Source of the DNA: Phycisphaerae bacterium
GTDB lineage: Bacteria; Planctomycetota; Phycisphaerae; UBA1845; Fen-1342
Length of the DNA stretch: 63,617 nt
NCBI GenBank assembly: GCA_050115495.1
Contig: JASFQK010000040.1
Span: 1-63,617 of the forward strand
Direction: 5' to 3'
Below the pieces are notes generated by a model. The model worked only from the letters and a program-made list of their open reading frames with translations, was not told where the DNA came from and did no database searches. The first letter of the stretch is position 1. Every line of letters starts with the position of its first letter. Shown piece after piece: positions 1 through 10,306 of this stretch. Both the position numbers and the translations under genes were made by a program.

Positions 1-610
1 CAGCGCCGCCGAGAAACCCGCGCGCGTCAAACAGCGCCCGTTCGCCCAATGGTCATGCGTGGTGGCCCTCCTTTGAGCCCCTCTGCGTGAAGTCTCCCAT
101 CCAACTCGCAGATGTAAGGCATCGTAGGCGGCAGGCAAGGGCAGGGCAAGGGGGCGTGCCGCTCGCCGATACGCTTGCAAGCGCTCCCGCGATTCAGTCT
201 CCTGTGATGAGATGCGCTGCAAGTGCCTTCATGACAGTGTTGTAGGTGAACTGAATGCGGCGCGCTGTTTCTTCCACATGAAATGAAAAAGGTGTTTTCA
301 CCTTGTGTATGGTCGCTTCGCGGGCGAGCCGACGTGCGCGGGCCATAGGTCATTGGGCATGCGAAACAACCTTCAGCTCTGGGCCGCGCCGGGATCTGAG
401 GTTGTGAGATGATCCGGAAGACCGGGCGGATCGTGCGCCCTCCGGGCGAAGAGGAGGGCGAAGGGCTCGGAAATCGCCGAATGTCGGGCGAGAGAGCTTG
501 CGATTTGATCCCGGGTAGGTCGCCCGACATTCGTTGATCTCAGGGCAAAAACGGCAGGCGAGACGCCCACCCCACCCAGTGTTCCTGCCCCACCCAGAGC
601 TGGAAACATC

Positions 611-1576
611 TCACATGCTCAGCCAGCACGCGCACCGCCGGCCGGCGGCCACCGGGCGCAGATCGGGCTGTTCCCGCTGGCAGCGGGGCTCGGCTCCGCC
701 GAGGTCGCACCGTGGGTGAAACGCACAGCCGCCCGGCCGGCGGCGCGGATCGGGCACCTCGCCCGGAATGACGTTCAGCCGAACCGGTCCCGCGGCCAGC
801 CGCGGCGTGCATGCCAGCAGGCCGCGCGTGTACGGGTGAGCCGGCGCCCGCAGCACGTCGGCGGTCGCCCCCTGCTCGACGATCCGGCCGGCGTACATGA
901 CGCACACGTCGTCGGCCATCTCGGCCACCACGCCCAGATCGTGCGTGATGAACAGGATCGCCAAGCCGCTCGCCTGCTGCCGGGCGCGCAGCAGCGCCAG
1001 AATCTGTGCTTGCAGCGTCACGTCCAGCGCGGTGGTCGGCTCGTCGGCGATGAGCAGGTCGGGCCCGCAGGCCAGGGCCATCGCCAGCAGGGCCCGCTGC
1101 CGCAGCCCGCCGGAGAGCTCGTGCGGATATTGCCGACAGCGCAGGGACGGCTGCGGGATGCCGACCTGGTCGAGCAGCTCGACCGTGCGGGCCCGGGCCG
1201 CGGCGTCACCCAGGCCGCGGTGGCGTTCCAGCACCTCCTCGATCTGCCGGCCGATGCGCAGCACGGGGTTGAGGCTGGTCATCGGCTCCTGAAAGACCAT
1301 GGCGATGCGGTTGCCGCGGACGGCGCCCATCTCCCGCTCGGAGAGGCCGAGCAGATCGTGGCCGCCGAAGAGGATGCGCCCGCCGACGATGCGGCTTGTG
1401 CCGGCGGGCAGCAGGCGCAGGATGGACAGCGCGGTAACCGTCTTGCCACAGCCCGATTCGCCGACGAGCGCCAGCGTCTTTCCGCGGTCGAGCGAGAGCG
1501 ACACGCCGGCCACTGCGGCCACGGGGCCGTCGGGCGTGACGAAGTGTGTGTGCAGGTCTTCGACCGTCAGCAACAT
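611..1576 (-). CDS. Oligopeptide/dipeptide ABC transporter ATP-binding protein (OppD/DppD family)
   Basis: Walker A GESGCGKT, signature LSGGLRQR, Walker B LLIADEPTTALD, C-terminal HPYT...GCAFHPRC oligopeptide-transporter extension. Confidence 0.93.
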   Translation of the reverse strand: MLLTVEDLHTHFVTPDGPVAAVAGVSLSLDRGKTLALVGESGCGKTVTALSILRLLPAGTSRIVGGRILFGGHDLLGLSEREMGAVRGNRIAMVFQEPMTSLNPVLRIGRQIEEVLERHRGLGDAAARARTVELLDQVGIPQPSLRCRQYPHELSGGLRQRALLAMALACGPDLLIADEPTTALDVTLQAQILALLRARQQASGLAILFITHDLGVVAEMADDVCVMYAGRIVEQGATADVLRAPAHPYTRGLLACTPRLAAGPVRLNVIPGEVPDPRRRPGGCAFHPRCDLGGAEPRCQREQPDLRPVAAGRRCACWLSM

Positions 1577-1732
1577 GTCGGCATACTATAGCGTGGTGCC
1601 ACGGGCCGGCGCTGGACGAGGCGCGTCAAGTTCCGACAAGTTCACACACGCGCCCTGATACCGGCCACCTATAATGCGCGCCGATGGTCGTGTAGAGGTC
1701 GAGAAAGACTGGCGAACAAAGGAGATGCTTCC

Positions 1733-3574
1733 ATGAACTCTGCTTCGCGAAAATGGACATGCTGGGCGGTGCTGCTGGTGGCGACGGTGGCGTTGTGCGC
1801 ACCGCAGGCACAGGCCGCCACGAAACTGCTGCGCCTGCGGCTGGACGGACAGGTGGCGGAAGCGCCGCAGGAGATGGACTTCCTGCGCGTCCTCAGCGGT
1901 GGCGGTGGTGAGCCGCACACGCTGCGTGGTCTCCTCGACCTCGTGGATCGCGCCGCCCACCAGGACGACATCGCCGGCCTGGTGCTCATCATCGAGCAAC
2001 CGATGATGAGCCTGGCCCAGGCGGAGGAGCTCACCCGCGCCCTGCACGCCTTCCGCGAGACCGGCAAGAAGATCCACGTCTACATGGACCACGCCGGCAA
2101 CCTGTCCTACGCCCTGGCCTGCGCCGGCAACGACATCACCATCGCCGAGCACAGCGAATTGGCCATCGTCGGGCTGAACGGCAGCATGTCCTTCTACAAG
2201 GGCCTGCTGGACAAGATCGGCGTGCAGGCCGACATGCTGCACTGCGGCGCCTATAAGAGCGCCGTCGAGCCCTTCACCCGCACCGAACCCAGCAAAGAGG
2301 CGGAGGACAACATCAACTGGCTGCTCGACGGCATCTTCGCCCGCTGGTTGGAGATGATGGCCGCAGGCCGCGGCCTCAGCGAAGCCGAGATCCACGCCGC
2401 CGTCGACAACGCCCCCCTCCACTCCGAGAAGGCCCTCGAACTCAAGCTCGTCGATTCCGTCTCGTCCTTCCCGGCGTTCAAGCAGATGCTCTACAAGGAG
2501 TACGGCCGTGACGTCGAGGTGCTCAAGAAGCTCGAGCAAGAAGATGAGCTGAAGCTCGACTTCGATAACCCCTTCGCCATCTTCGAGCTCTTCGGCAAGA
2601 TCATGGAGAAGACCGCCGAACCGGCCAAACCCGGCCTGGCGCTCATCTTCATCGAAGGTGGCATCGCCATGGGCCGGAACGAGCCCGACCTCCTCGGCGG
2701 TGGCACCAGCGCCGGCAGCAGCACGCTCCGCGCCGCCTTCGAAGAGGCCCGCGAGGATGACAACGTCAAGGCCGTCGTCGTGCGCGTGAACTCGCCCGGC
2801 GGCTCGGCTCTGGCCAGCGACATCATCTGGGAAGCGGCCACCCGTTGCGCCAAGGAAAAACCCCTCGTCGTCTCCATGGGCGGCGTGGCCGGCAGCGGCG
2901 GCTACTACGTGGCCATTCCCGGCGACGTCATCTTCGCCGAACGCTGCACGCTCACCGGCTCGATCGGCGTGCTCGGCGGCAAGTTCGTCTGGCGCGAGCT
3001 CATGGAGGGCAAGCTGGGCATCACCACGACCGAGTTCAGCCGCGGCCAGCGGGCCGGCATCATGAGCATGAACCGCACGTGGAACGACGAAGAGCGAGCC
3101 TGGATGCAGGGCTACATCGACTCGATCTACACGCAGTTCAAGGATCGCGTCATGGCCTCGCGCGGCTCGCGCATCAAGGGCAACCTCGAAGATCTCGCCG
3201 GCGGCCGCGTCTACACCGGTGAACAGGCCCTCAAGATCGGCCTGGTCGACAAGATCGGCGGCCTGACCGAAGCCATCGACTACGCCATCGACAAGGCCAG
3301 CCTCGAGAAGGACTGCGAGATCTACGTCCTGCCGCGGCCGGTGGACATCGTCGAGATCTTCAAGCAGCTCATTGGCGAAGAGACGGGCGACGAGTTCGAG
3401 ATCTCGCTGGGCGCCCGTTCGGGACACGACGCCCTGCTCGGCGCCCTGCTGCCTGCCCTCAGCCAACTGGCTCCCGAGCGCACGCGCGAAATCCTGCAAG
3501 ACCTGCAAAACGTGGTGATTCTCAATCGTGAACGCGTCGGTTGCTTCATGCCCTTCATCAACCAGCCACGCTGA
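1733..3574 (+). CDS. sppA: Signal peptide peptidase SppA (protease IV, 67 kDa type)
   Basis: Tandem S49 domains: GAYKSAVEPF, RVNSPGGSALAS, SMGGVAGSGGYY, TGSIGV, GRVYTGEQAL; SD GGAG upstream; N-terminal signal peptide ending AQA. Confidence 0.92.
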   Translation: MNSASRKWTCWAVLLVATVALCAPQAQAATKLLRLRLDGQVAEAPQEMDFLRVLSGGGGEPHTLRGLLDLVDRAAHQDDIAGLVLIIEQPMMSLAQAEELTRALHAFRETGKKIHVYMDHAGNLSYALACAGNDITIAEHSELAIVGLNGSMSFYKGLLDKIGVQADMLHCGAYKSAVEPFTRTEPSKEAEDNINWLLDGIFARWLEMMAAGRGLSEAEIHAAVDNAPLHSEKALELKLVDSVSSFPAFKQMLYKEYGRDVEVLKKLEQEDELKLDFDNPFAIFELFGKIMEKTAEPAKPGLALIFIEGGIAMGRNEPDLLGGGTSAGSSTLRAAFEEAREDDNVKAVVVRVNSPGGSALASDIIWEAATRCAKEKPLVVSMGGVAGSGGYYVAIPGDVIFAERCTLTGSIGVLGGKFVWRELMEGKLGITTTEFSRGQRAGIMSMNRTWNDEERAWMQGYIDSIYTQFKDRVMASRGSRIKGNLEDLAGGRVYTGEQALKIGLVDKIGGLTEAIDYAIDKASLEKDCEIYVLPRPVDIVEIFKQLIGEETGDEFEISLGARSGHDALLGALLPALSQLAPERTREILQDLQNVVILNRERVGCFMPFINQPR

Positions 3575-3740
3575 GTTCGCCAAGCTCTCCAATCACCACG
3601 TCCGGGCCGCCGCGGAGTTCTGCTCCACCGGCGGCCCGGTGCATTGGGGCGACGCCACGGGGAACCCGTGACGCGCGCCGCCCCGGGCAGTAGAATGCAC
3701 CCCTGATTTTTCGGATGATTCCACAGCGAGGATCGCGCCC

Positions 3741-5237
3741 ATGACCGATACCAACCAGGCCGTCACCGCTCTCGAACCCACCGCCGTCTGGCGCTTCTTC
3801 GCCGACATCTCCGCCGTCCCGCGGCCCTCGAAGCAGGAGGAGAAGATCCGCGCCCACGTTCGCGAGACGGCGCAGAAGCTCGGCCTGGCTTTCCGCGAGG
3901 ACAAAACCGGCAACATCGTTATCGACGTGCCCGCCTCGCCCGGTCATGAGAAGGCCCCGCTGACCATTCTCCAGGGTCACCTCGACATGGTCTGCGAGAA
4001 GAACGCCGGCACGACGCACGACTTCGATCGCGATCCCATCCGGCTCATCGTCGAGAAGGACGCGGCCAGCGACGAGCAGATCGTCCGCGCCGCCGGCACG
4101 ACGCTCGGCGCCGACAACGGCATCGGCCTGGCCCTGGCCCTCGCCGCCGTCACCGACCCCAACGTCGTCCACGGCCCGCTCGAAATTCTCTGCACCGTCG
4201 ATGAGGAGATGGGCATGACCGGTGCCGGCGTGCTCACGCCCGAGTTCGTCCGCGGCCGCCGACTGCTCAACCTCGACTCCGAAGACGACGCCATCCTCTA
4301 CATCGGCTGCGCCGGTGGCGGAGACATTAGCCTGACCTGGGAGCTGCCGGCGGCGGCCCCGGCCAAGGGGCTCGAAGGCGTCCAGATCACCGTCAGCGGC
4401 CTGCGCGGCGGCCACTCGGGCGGCGACATCCACGAGAACCGCGGCAACGCCGTCAAGGCGCTCGTCCGCACCCTCTCCGCCGCCGGCCTCGACGGCCTGC
4501 AAATCGCCGCCCTCCGCGGCGGCAGCAAGCGCAACGCCCTGGCCCGCGAGGCCACCGCCGTCCTGGCCGGACCGGCGGGTACGCTGGACAAGCTGCGCAA
4601 GGCCGCCGGCCCGATGCAGGAGATCGTCGCCCACGAATCCGCCGAGCCGGGCGCGACGATCACGGTCGAGCCCGCCGGCGCGGATGCCATCGGCCACGTG
4701 CTCTCCGCCGCAGACACACAGCGCATCCTGTGGACGATCACCGGCTTGCCGCACGGCGTGCTTGAGATGCACCCCAAGGTCCCCGGCCTGGTGCAGACGT
4801 CGAACAACGTGGCCACGCTCTCGACCGAACCCGCGGCCGGCGGCGCCAAGATGACAATCGTCATTGGCTGCCTGAGCCGTAGCTCGGTCGACGGCCGGCT
4901 CGAAGTGACCCGCGAGCAGATCGCCGCCATCGGCCGCCTGGCCGGCGCCGCGGTCGAGTTCGGGCATTCGTATCCCGGCTGGGCGCCGGACATCGACTCG
5001 CCGCTGCTGGCCTCCTGCCGGCGCGTGTTCACCGAGCTCTTCGGCAGCGAGCCGAACGTGACGGCGATTCACGCCGGTCTCGAATGCGGCATCATCGGCC
5101 AGCGGCTGGGCAAGGTGGACATGATCTCGTTCGGGCCGCGCATCACCGGTGCGCACAGCCCGGATGAGCGCGTCTACGTGGCCTCCGTGCAGCGGTCCTA
5201 CCAGTTCCTCACGAAGGTGCTGGCCGAGCTCGCCTGA
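3741..5237 (+). CDS. pepD: Aminoacyl-histidine dipeptidase (M20 peptidase)
   Basis: LQGHLDMVCEK, TTLGADNGIG, DEEMGMTGA, NLDSED, GGHSGGDIH, IHAGLECG, HSPDE motifs. Confidence 0.92.
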   Translation: MTDTNQAVTALEPTAVWRFFADISAVPRPSKQEEKIRAHVRETAQKLGLAFREDKTGNIVIDVPASPGHEKAPLTILQGHLDMVCEKNAGTTHDFDRDPIRLIVEKDAASDEQIVRAAGTTLGADNGIGLALALAAVTDPNVVHGPLEILCTVDEEMGMTGAGVLTPEFVRGRRLLNLDSEDDAILYIGCAGGGDISLTWELPAAAPAKGLEGVQITVSGLRGGHSGGDIHENRGNAVKALVRTLSAAGLDGLQIAALRGGSKRNALAREATAVLAGPAGTLDKLRKAAGPMQEIVAHESAEPGATITVEPAGADAIGHVLSAADTQRILWTITGLPHGVLEMHPKVPGLVQTSNNVATLSTEPAAGGAKMTIVIGCLSRSSVDGRLEVTREQIAAIGRLAGAAVEFGHSYPGWAPDIDSPLLASCRRVFTELFGSEPNVTAIHAGLECGIIGQRLGKVDMISFGPRITGAHSPDERVYVASVQRSYQFLTKVLAELA

Positions 5238-5257
5238 TCCCGCGGGAGACAGCGGCC

Positions 5258-5710
5258 ATGCCGGACTGGCTGAACCTGGACGATCCCATCGTCGGCACGA
5301 TCGTGATCGGCTGCGCCGCGCTGGTCGTCCTGCTCATACTGGCTGGCATCGCCCGGCGGCTGCGATCGGCGGCCGCCACGGCACGGCGTCAGGCCGCCCT
5401 TCGCCGCACGCGCGAGCACGTGCAGATGAAGCAGCAGGAGCTGGAACGCCTCGCCGAGCACATCATCGCGACGAGTTCGACCGGGTCGATCGCCGGCTTC
5501 ACCATCATTCGGCAGATCGAGGCCGTGTTCGCCGAGGATCAGCGTTCGCCGGCCGAGGCTGTCGAAATGCTCAAGGCGCTGGCCGCCCTCAAGGGGGCCA
5601 ACGCCCTCATCAACCTGGGCAGCCAGCGCCTGCCGACCGGCAAATGCGTGGCCAGTGGCGACGCCGTCATCGTCCGCGCCGGACCGGCGGAAGAGGAAAC
5701 CGGCAAGTAG
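5258..5710 (+). CDS. Membrane-anchored protein with YbjQ-like C-terminal domain
   Basis: N-terminal TM helix, short coiled coil, then IATSSTGSIAGFTI...AALKGANALIN...ASGDAVIV resembling YbjQ/UPF0145. Confidence 0.55.
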   Translation: MPDWLNLDDPIVGTIVIGCAALVVLLILAGIARRLRSAAATARRQAALRRTREHVQMKQQELERLAEHIIATSSTGSIAGFTIIRQIEAVFAEDQRSPAEAVEMLKALAALKGANALINLGSQRLPTGKCVASGDAVIVRAGPAEEETGK

Positions 5711-5723
5711 CAGGGAAACACAA

Positions 5724-7808
5724 TCAGGGTTGGGGGGTGCGCTGCTGGGTTTCAGCGGCGCGCAGGGCGTCCTGCAAGCCGCGATCGTTGGGGGCAAGCT
5801 GCAATGCGCCGCGCAGGACGCGAATAGCCTCGTCTGTGTTGTTCTGCGCGAGCAGCACCGCCGCGAGGTTGCGATACGCGTTCAGAGCCCGCGGCTCGGT
5901 GCGAATCGCCTGGCGGAAGCGCTCGGTCGCATCGTCCAACCGGCCGAGGCGCTGGAGCGCCACGCCCATGTTGACCATCCCGTCGACGAAGTCGGGCTTC
6001 AACCGCAGCGCCGTGCGATAGCAGTCCAGCGCTTCCTCAGGCTTGCCCAGGCGAGCCAGCGCGGCGCCGAGGTTGCTGTGGGCACGGTACGAACGCTGAT
6101 CCAGACGGACGGCCTCGGCGAAGCTGTCCCGCGCTTCCCCCAGCCGATTCTGCAACAGCAACGCCCGGCCGCGGTTGTTGTGTGCATCGGCGAGCTGACC
6201 GTTCAACTGCAAGGCCTGCTCGATGTGCTCCAGGCCAGCGTCGATCTCACCGCGGCTTGCCAAAGCATCGCCCAAGCCGTTGTGGATCGTCGCTTTGTCG
6301 TGCGGAATCTCGGGCGCGGCCTCGAGTGCGGCCTCGAACTCGGCGATCGCCTCGTCGAAACGACCCAGTCCGGCCAGCGTCACCGCCAGGTTCGTTCGCA
6401 CCTTCCAGGCCTGCGCGTCCAGCCGCAACGCCTCGCGATACGCAGCGATCGCCTCGTCCACGCGCCCCTGTCGCGCAAACTCCAGCCCCAGGTTGCTGTG
6501 CAGCAGGGGCACCTCCGGCGTCAGGGCGATCATGTGCCGATACAGCGTCTCGGTGTTCCGCCAGTGCGCCCACTGCCCCCGCGCCGCCACGCCCGCTACA
6601 ACAGCCAGCACCACGACCGCCGCACCGGCGAGCGTGCGTCGCCGCCCGCTGAAGTGCGCCACCAGCGCCGCCACCGGCAACAGCAATACCACCGCTGGCA
6701 GGTACATGTACTTGTCCGACAGCACCACCCAGCTATAGCGAACGACGCCCAGCATCGGCCCGATCAGCACCACGAACCCCACCCACGCGACGAGCGGCGC
6801 CCGGCTGCGCCGCAGCGCGAGCACCACGCCGACACTCAACACCACAACGGCAAGCACCCCCGCAACGACGGCCGGCTGCGTGAGCGTCAGCGGTGGCGGG
6901 GCGTAGCACGGGCTCAGGTTCGCCGGCCACAGGCACTCGCCCAGGTAGAACAGCAGGTTGTGGCAACACAGCAGCAGGACCGATAGCGGCGAGCGCTCCT
7001 CCGTCACCTCCAGCGACGCCGTCTTCGCGTGCGAAATCAGCGTGACGAGTGCGGACGTAGCGGCGACAGCAAATAGTGGCACCTTCTCCAGCACGGCCCG
7101 CCGACTCAACCGGCGCAGCGGCCAGTAGTCCAGCAGCAGCATCACCAGCGGCAGCGGCAGCACGGTCGGCTTCGACAGCAACGCCAGCAAGTACGCCCCG
7201 AGTGACGCTGCGCCATAGCCCCACCCGCCGCGCCGCGCGAAGCGTACGTACAGCACCAGGCTCCACAGGGCGAAGAACGTCGCCAGCAGCGTCTTCCGCT
7301 CGCCCACCCACGCCACCGGCTCCACCATTAGCGGATGCACGCCGAAGAGCAGGCCTGCGCCGGCGGCCGCCAGCGGGCTGCCCACCAGCGCGTACAGCAG
7401 CACCACGACGAGTGCCGTGTTCAGCACGTGCAGCAGCAGCGCCGTACGGTGAAAGATGCGCAGGTCGTCGCCCCGCGCCCCCATCGCGCAGTCCAACATC
7501 AGCGACGTCATTGACAGCGGCAGGTAGTAGCCTTTGACGGTGGTCGGCTCGAACACCTCGCCGAAGAAGCGCGCAACCGACTGCCCGCTCGGCTGCAACA
7601 CCAGCGGGTTGTTCACGAAGAACGCGTCATCGTCGAAACAGACGGCCTGAGCCGACAGCGCCGGCGCCTGCACGACGACGACGGCCACCGTCACCAGCAG
7701 GATCAGCCCACCCAGCACCAGCCACGGCGGTCGAGGCTGCTCGGCCGATGGCGACAGCTCCGGCAGGCCCGCCGGCTTGCTTCCCGGCGAGCGCCTGCGA
7801 CGTGCCAT
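5724..7808 (-). CDS. TMTC-like GT-C membrane glycosyltransferase with C-terminal TPR repeats
   Basis: FDDDAFFVNNP luminal DD motif, HPLMVEPVAW, ALLSKP, DKYMYLP, many TM segments, about 7 TPRs; start placed at ATG after GGAGG. Confidence 0.8.
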   Translation of the reverse strand: MARRRRSPGSKPAGLPELSPSAEQPRPPWLVLGGLILLVTVAVVVVQAPALSAQAVCFDDDAFFVNNPLVLQPSGQSVARFFGEVFEPTTVKGYYLPLSMTSLMLDCAMGARGDDLRIFHRTALLLHVLNTALVVVLLYALVGSPLAAAGAGLLFGVHPLMVEPVAWVGERKTLLATFFALWSLVLYVRFARRGGWGYGAASLGAYLLALLSKPTVLPLPLVMLLLDYWPLRRLSRRAVLEKVPLFAVAATSALVTLISHAKTASLEVTEERSPLSVLLLCCHNLLFYLGECLWPANLSPCYAPPPLTLTQPAVVAGVLAVVVLSVGVVLALRRSRAPLVAWVGFVVLIGPMLGVVRYSWVVLSDKYMYLPAVVLLLPVAALVAHFSGRRRTLAGAAVVVLAVVAGVAARGQWAHWRNTETLYRHMIALTPEVPLLHSNLGLEFARQGRVDEAIAAYREALRLDAQAWKVRTNLAVTLAGLGRFDEAIAEFEAALEAAPEIPHDKATIHNGLGDALASRGEIDAGLEHIEQALQLNGQLADAHNNRGRALLLQNRLGEARDSFAEAVRLDQRSYRAHSNLGAALARLGKPEEALDCYRTALRLKPDFVDGMVNMGVALQRLGRLDDATERFRQAIRTEPRALNAYRNLAAVLLAQNNTDEAIRVLRGALQLAPNDRGLQDALRAAETQQRTPQP

Positions 7809-7827
7809 CCGCACCACCTCCCGAGAG

Positions 7828-9138
7828 TTATCGGCCCTGTGCCCCTGAATTCAGCGCCTGAATCGGATCCAGATGCGCCGCCGCCCGCGCTGGGTACAGC
7901 CCGAACGTGATGCCCACCGCCGCCGACACGAGGAAGCTCAGGATCACACCCCACCACGGGATGATCGTCTGCCAGCTTGCGTACAGTGTCACCAGCCACG
8001 CGAAGCCGATCCCCACACCGATCCCGACCAGCCCGCCCGCGATGCTCAGAATCAGCGTCTCGATCAGGAACTGCGCGGTGATGTGATAGCGCTTGGCCCC
8101 CAGCGCCCGGCGAATGCCGATCTCCCGCGTTCGCTCGGTCACCGAAGCGAGCATGATGTTCATAATGCCGATGCCGCCCACCAGCAGCGAGATGCCGGCG
8201 ATGCTGCCCAGCACGGTCTGCCAGACGCGCTTGCTCTGCTCAGCCTGCTGGAGCAGTTCGAGCGGCACGGTGATGACGTAGTCCTGGTCACGGTGACCGT
8301 GGGCCATGACCCGCTCCACCGTGCGCGAGACGGGCAGCACGTACTCCTGCTCGTCCACCTTGAGGTACACGTCGCTGAACTGCACCTGCTTGAGCTCACG
8401 GCTGCCGCTCGTACGTTTGTACTTCAGGTCGCCATAGCGCATGTCGGCCGTGGCCAGCGGAATGTACATGTCCAGGTTGATATCGCGGGCGCCCTTGCCC
8501 TTGGCCGGGTTGCCCGCCGTCAGCACGTCCGCCAGGATGCCCACGACCTCGTACGGCACGGCGCCCGTCGCGGGGTTGACCACCGTGACGGTCTGACCCA
8601 GCGGATCCTCGTTGACGAAGAGCGCCCGGGCCACGCCGGCCCCGATCACGCACACCTTGGCGTGCTCCAATTCGTCCACGTCGGTCAGGGCCCGCCCCCG
8701 CATCACGGGGACGTTCACCACGTCGAAGAGATTGTGCGTCGTGCCCAGCACGGCACCTTCGAGCTTGTACGAAACGTGCGTCATCCGGTCGGCAACGGCC
8801 CGCATCAGCACGATCTCCTCGACGTGCGCCAGTTGCTGCAGCCGTTCCACGTCCTCACGTTTGATGCCGTACTTCTGAACGCGTGTCTGGACGTCGCGCG
8901 TCTGCTGCGACGTCGTCGGCTCCACGCTGCGCAGAATGATGTTGTGACTGCCCAGCAGGCGAATGTTCTCCAACTGCTCGGCCGAGGCGCCCTCCCCGAT
9001 GCTCAGCATGCAGATCACCGCCCCGACGCCGAAGATCACCCCCAGCGCCGTCAGCAGCGAGCGCAGCTTGTGCGCGCGCAGATCCCCCACGCCCAATAGA
9101 AACAGCTCACGCGACAGTAAGGTCCGAATTAACTGCAT
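7828..9138 (-). CDS. MacB/FtsX-family ABC transporter permease
   Basis: RSLLTALGVIFGVGAVI, ISLLVGGIGIMNIMLASVTERTREIGIRRALGA, GLYPARAAAHLDPIQAL; start MQLIRTL chosen. Confidence 0.9.
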   Translation of the reverse strand: MQLIRTLLSRELFLLGVGDLRAHKLRSLLTALGVIFGVGAVICMLSIGEGASAEQLENIRLLGSHNIILRSVEPTTSQQTRDVQTRVQKYGIKREDVERLQQLAHVEEIVLMRAVADRMTHVSYKLEGAVLGTTHNLFDVVNVPVMRGRALTDVDELEHAKVCVIGAGVARALFVNEDPLGQTVTVVNPATGAVPYEVVGILADVLTAGNPAKGKGARDINLDMYIPLATADMRYGDLKYKRTSGSRELKQVQFSDVYLKVDEQEYVLPVSRTVERVMAHGHRDQDYVITVPLELLQQAEQSKRVWQTVLGSIAGISLLVGGIGIMNIMLASVTERTREIGIRRALGAKRYHITAQFLIETLILSIAGGLVGIGVGIGFAWLVTLYASWQTIIPWWGVILSFLVSAAVGITFGLYPARAAAHLDPIQALNSGAQGR

Positions 9139-9366
9139 TGGCTGTGCCGTAACTCCTCGCCAGCCTGGTGTGTCCGCCCGCCGCCCGTCGACTGGCGGGT
9201 CCCGAGCCGGGATTGTAACCGACCGCCGCTGACCCGGGGAGCCGGAGGCGGACCTTCCGTTCAAGCTCCCCGCCGACCCCGCCGATCAGGCTATGCGGCA
9301 GCCGGACCGCCGGACCGCGCGCGGCGGGTCGTGGATTATCGGACAACTTTGACGCTGAGGTGCCTC

Positions 9367-9912
9367 ATGCCCGCCCTCGAACCGCTCGATCTCGCCGACG
9401 CCGTCCGGACCCTCCAGCAGGCCAGCACCGCGGCTCTGCAAGCCCAGTCCGCCGAGGACTTCGAACTCGTCGAGCACCGGCTCAACCAGTTTGCCGCGAC
9501 CGTTCGCGAATTGCAGCAGTCCATGTGGGCCACCGAGGCGAAGCAGACCATCCGCAACCTCGAGGCCGGCCAGCCGCTCAATGAGGCGGACTACCAGGTC
9601 ATCCACACCTTTATCGTCTCCGACGCCGAGCACTACCTGGCCCAGGAGAACAACTTCCAGGACTGGGTGCAGGAGCTGGGCCGCCTCTTCGGCGACATGA
9701 CCCAGCGCCTGGGCACGCTGGACCGCGAGTCGATCGGTGCCCTGCGCGGCGTGTTGCAGGATGCCACGCGGCTCGTGCCCGACATCCGCAACTACCTCGA
9801 AGAGAAGCGCCGAATCAAGCTCTTCCAGGCCGGCCTGAACAACCTCGACGACACCGCCCGGGCCACGCTGGTCCGCCTGCTGAAGGAGCAGCTAGCCAGC
9901 CCAAACGTCTGA
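9367..9912 (+). CDS. Hypothetical alpha-helical protein
   Basis: ORF with host-like codon usage, GAGGT SD before ATG 9367; no family recognised. Confidence 0.7.
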   Translation: MPALEPLDLADAVRTLQQASTAALQAQSAEDFELVEHRLNQFAATVRELQQSMWATEAKQTIRNLEAGQPLNEADYQVIHTFIVSDAEHYLAQENNFQDWVQELGRLFGDMTQRLGTLDRESIGALRGVLQDATRLVPDIRNYLEEKRRIKLFQAGLNNLDDTARATLVRLLKEQLASPNV

Positions 9913-9941
9913 TCCCCCGCCCCACACAGGCCCCACACCGC

Positions 9942-10170
9942 GTAGCGTCTCCCGGCGCACCGGGATACCGAACGTCTTCGTAGCGCCGGCCCCCTGTGGC
10001 CGACGTCTTCCTAGCGGCCGACCTCCGTGTCGGCCGTCTTCGTGGACCCCTCAGCCGCGAGCCTTGGGCCCTGAGCCGGAGTGTGGCATGCTGAAGCCTA
10101 AGGCGCCGGCATGTCTTTGCCTCGCCTCGGGAAGAGCATGCCCGCGCCTTAGAGCTTGAGCATGCCCAAA
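9942..10170 (+). repeat. REP-like hairpin cluster (GTAG-type)
   Basis: GTAG+hairpin units at 9942, 9980-10005 and 10011-10036, matching copies at 22227, 22279, 33580 and 46986; further GCATG-containing palindromes up to 10170. Confidence 0.75.
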
Positions 10171-10306
10171 CACACGGAATCCACAGATGTCTGGTCTTGG
10201 GATAGCCTCCAGAACCCTGCATTCGAAGCAGCCGAGGATTTCCCTCCCGGCCTGCACCGCCAACGGCTGGGCCGGCAACCGGATAGGAACTCCGTCCTAA
10301 CCCAAG

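Noticed and set aside
27..530. 167-aa minus-strand ORF at window start
   Set aside because: No recognisable motifs and atypical composition; the region looks intergenic or regulatory.
9942..10040. Possible CRISPR array from repeated 26-bp palindromes
   Set aside because: Units differ in sequence, lack regular unique spacers, are dispersed, and no cas genes are present; better explained as REPs.
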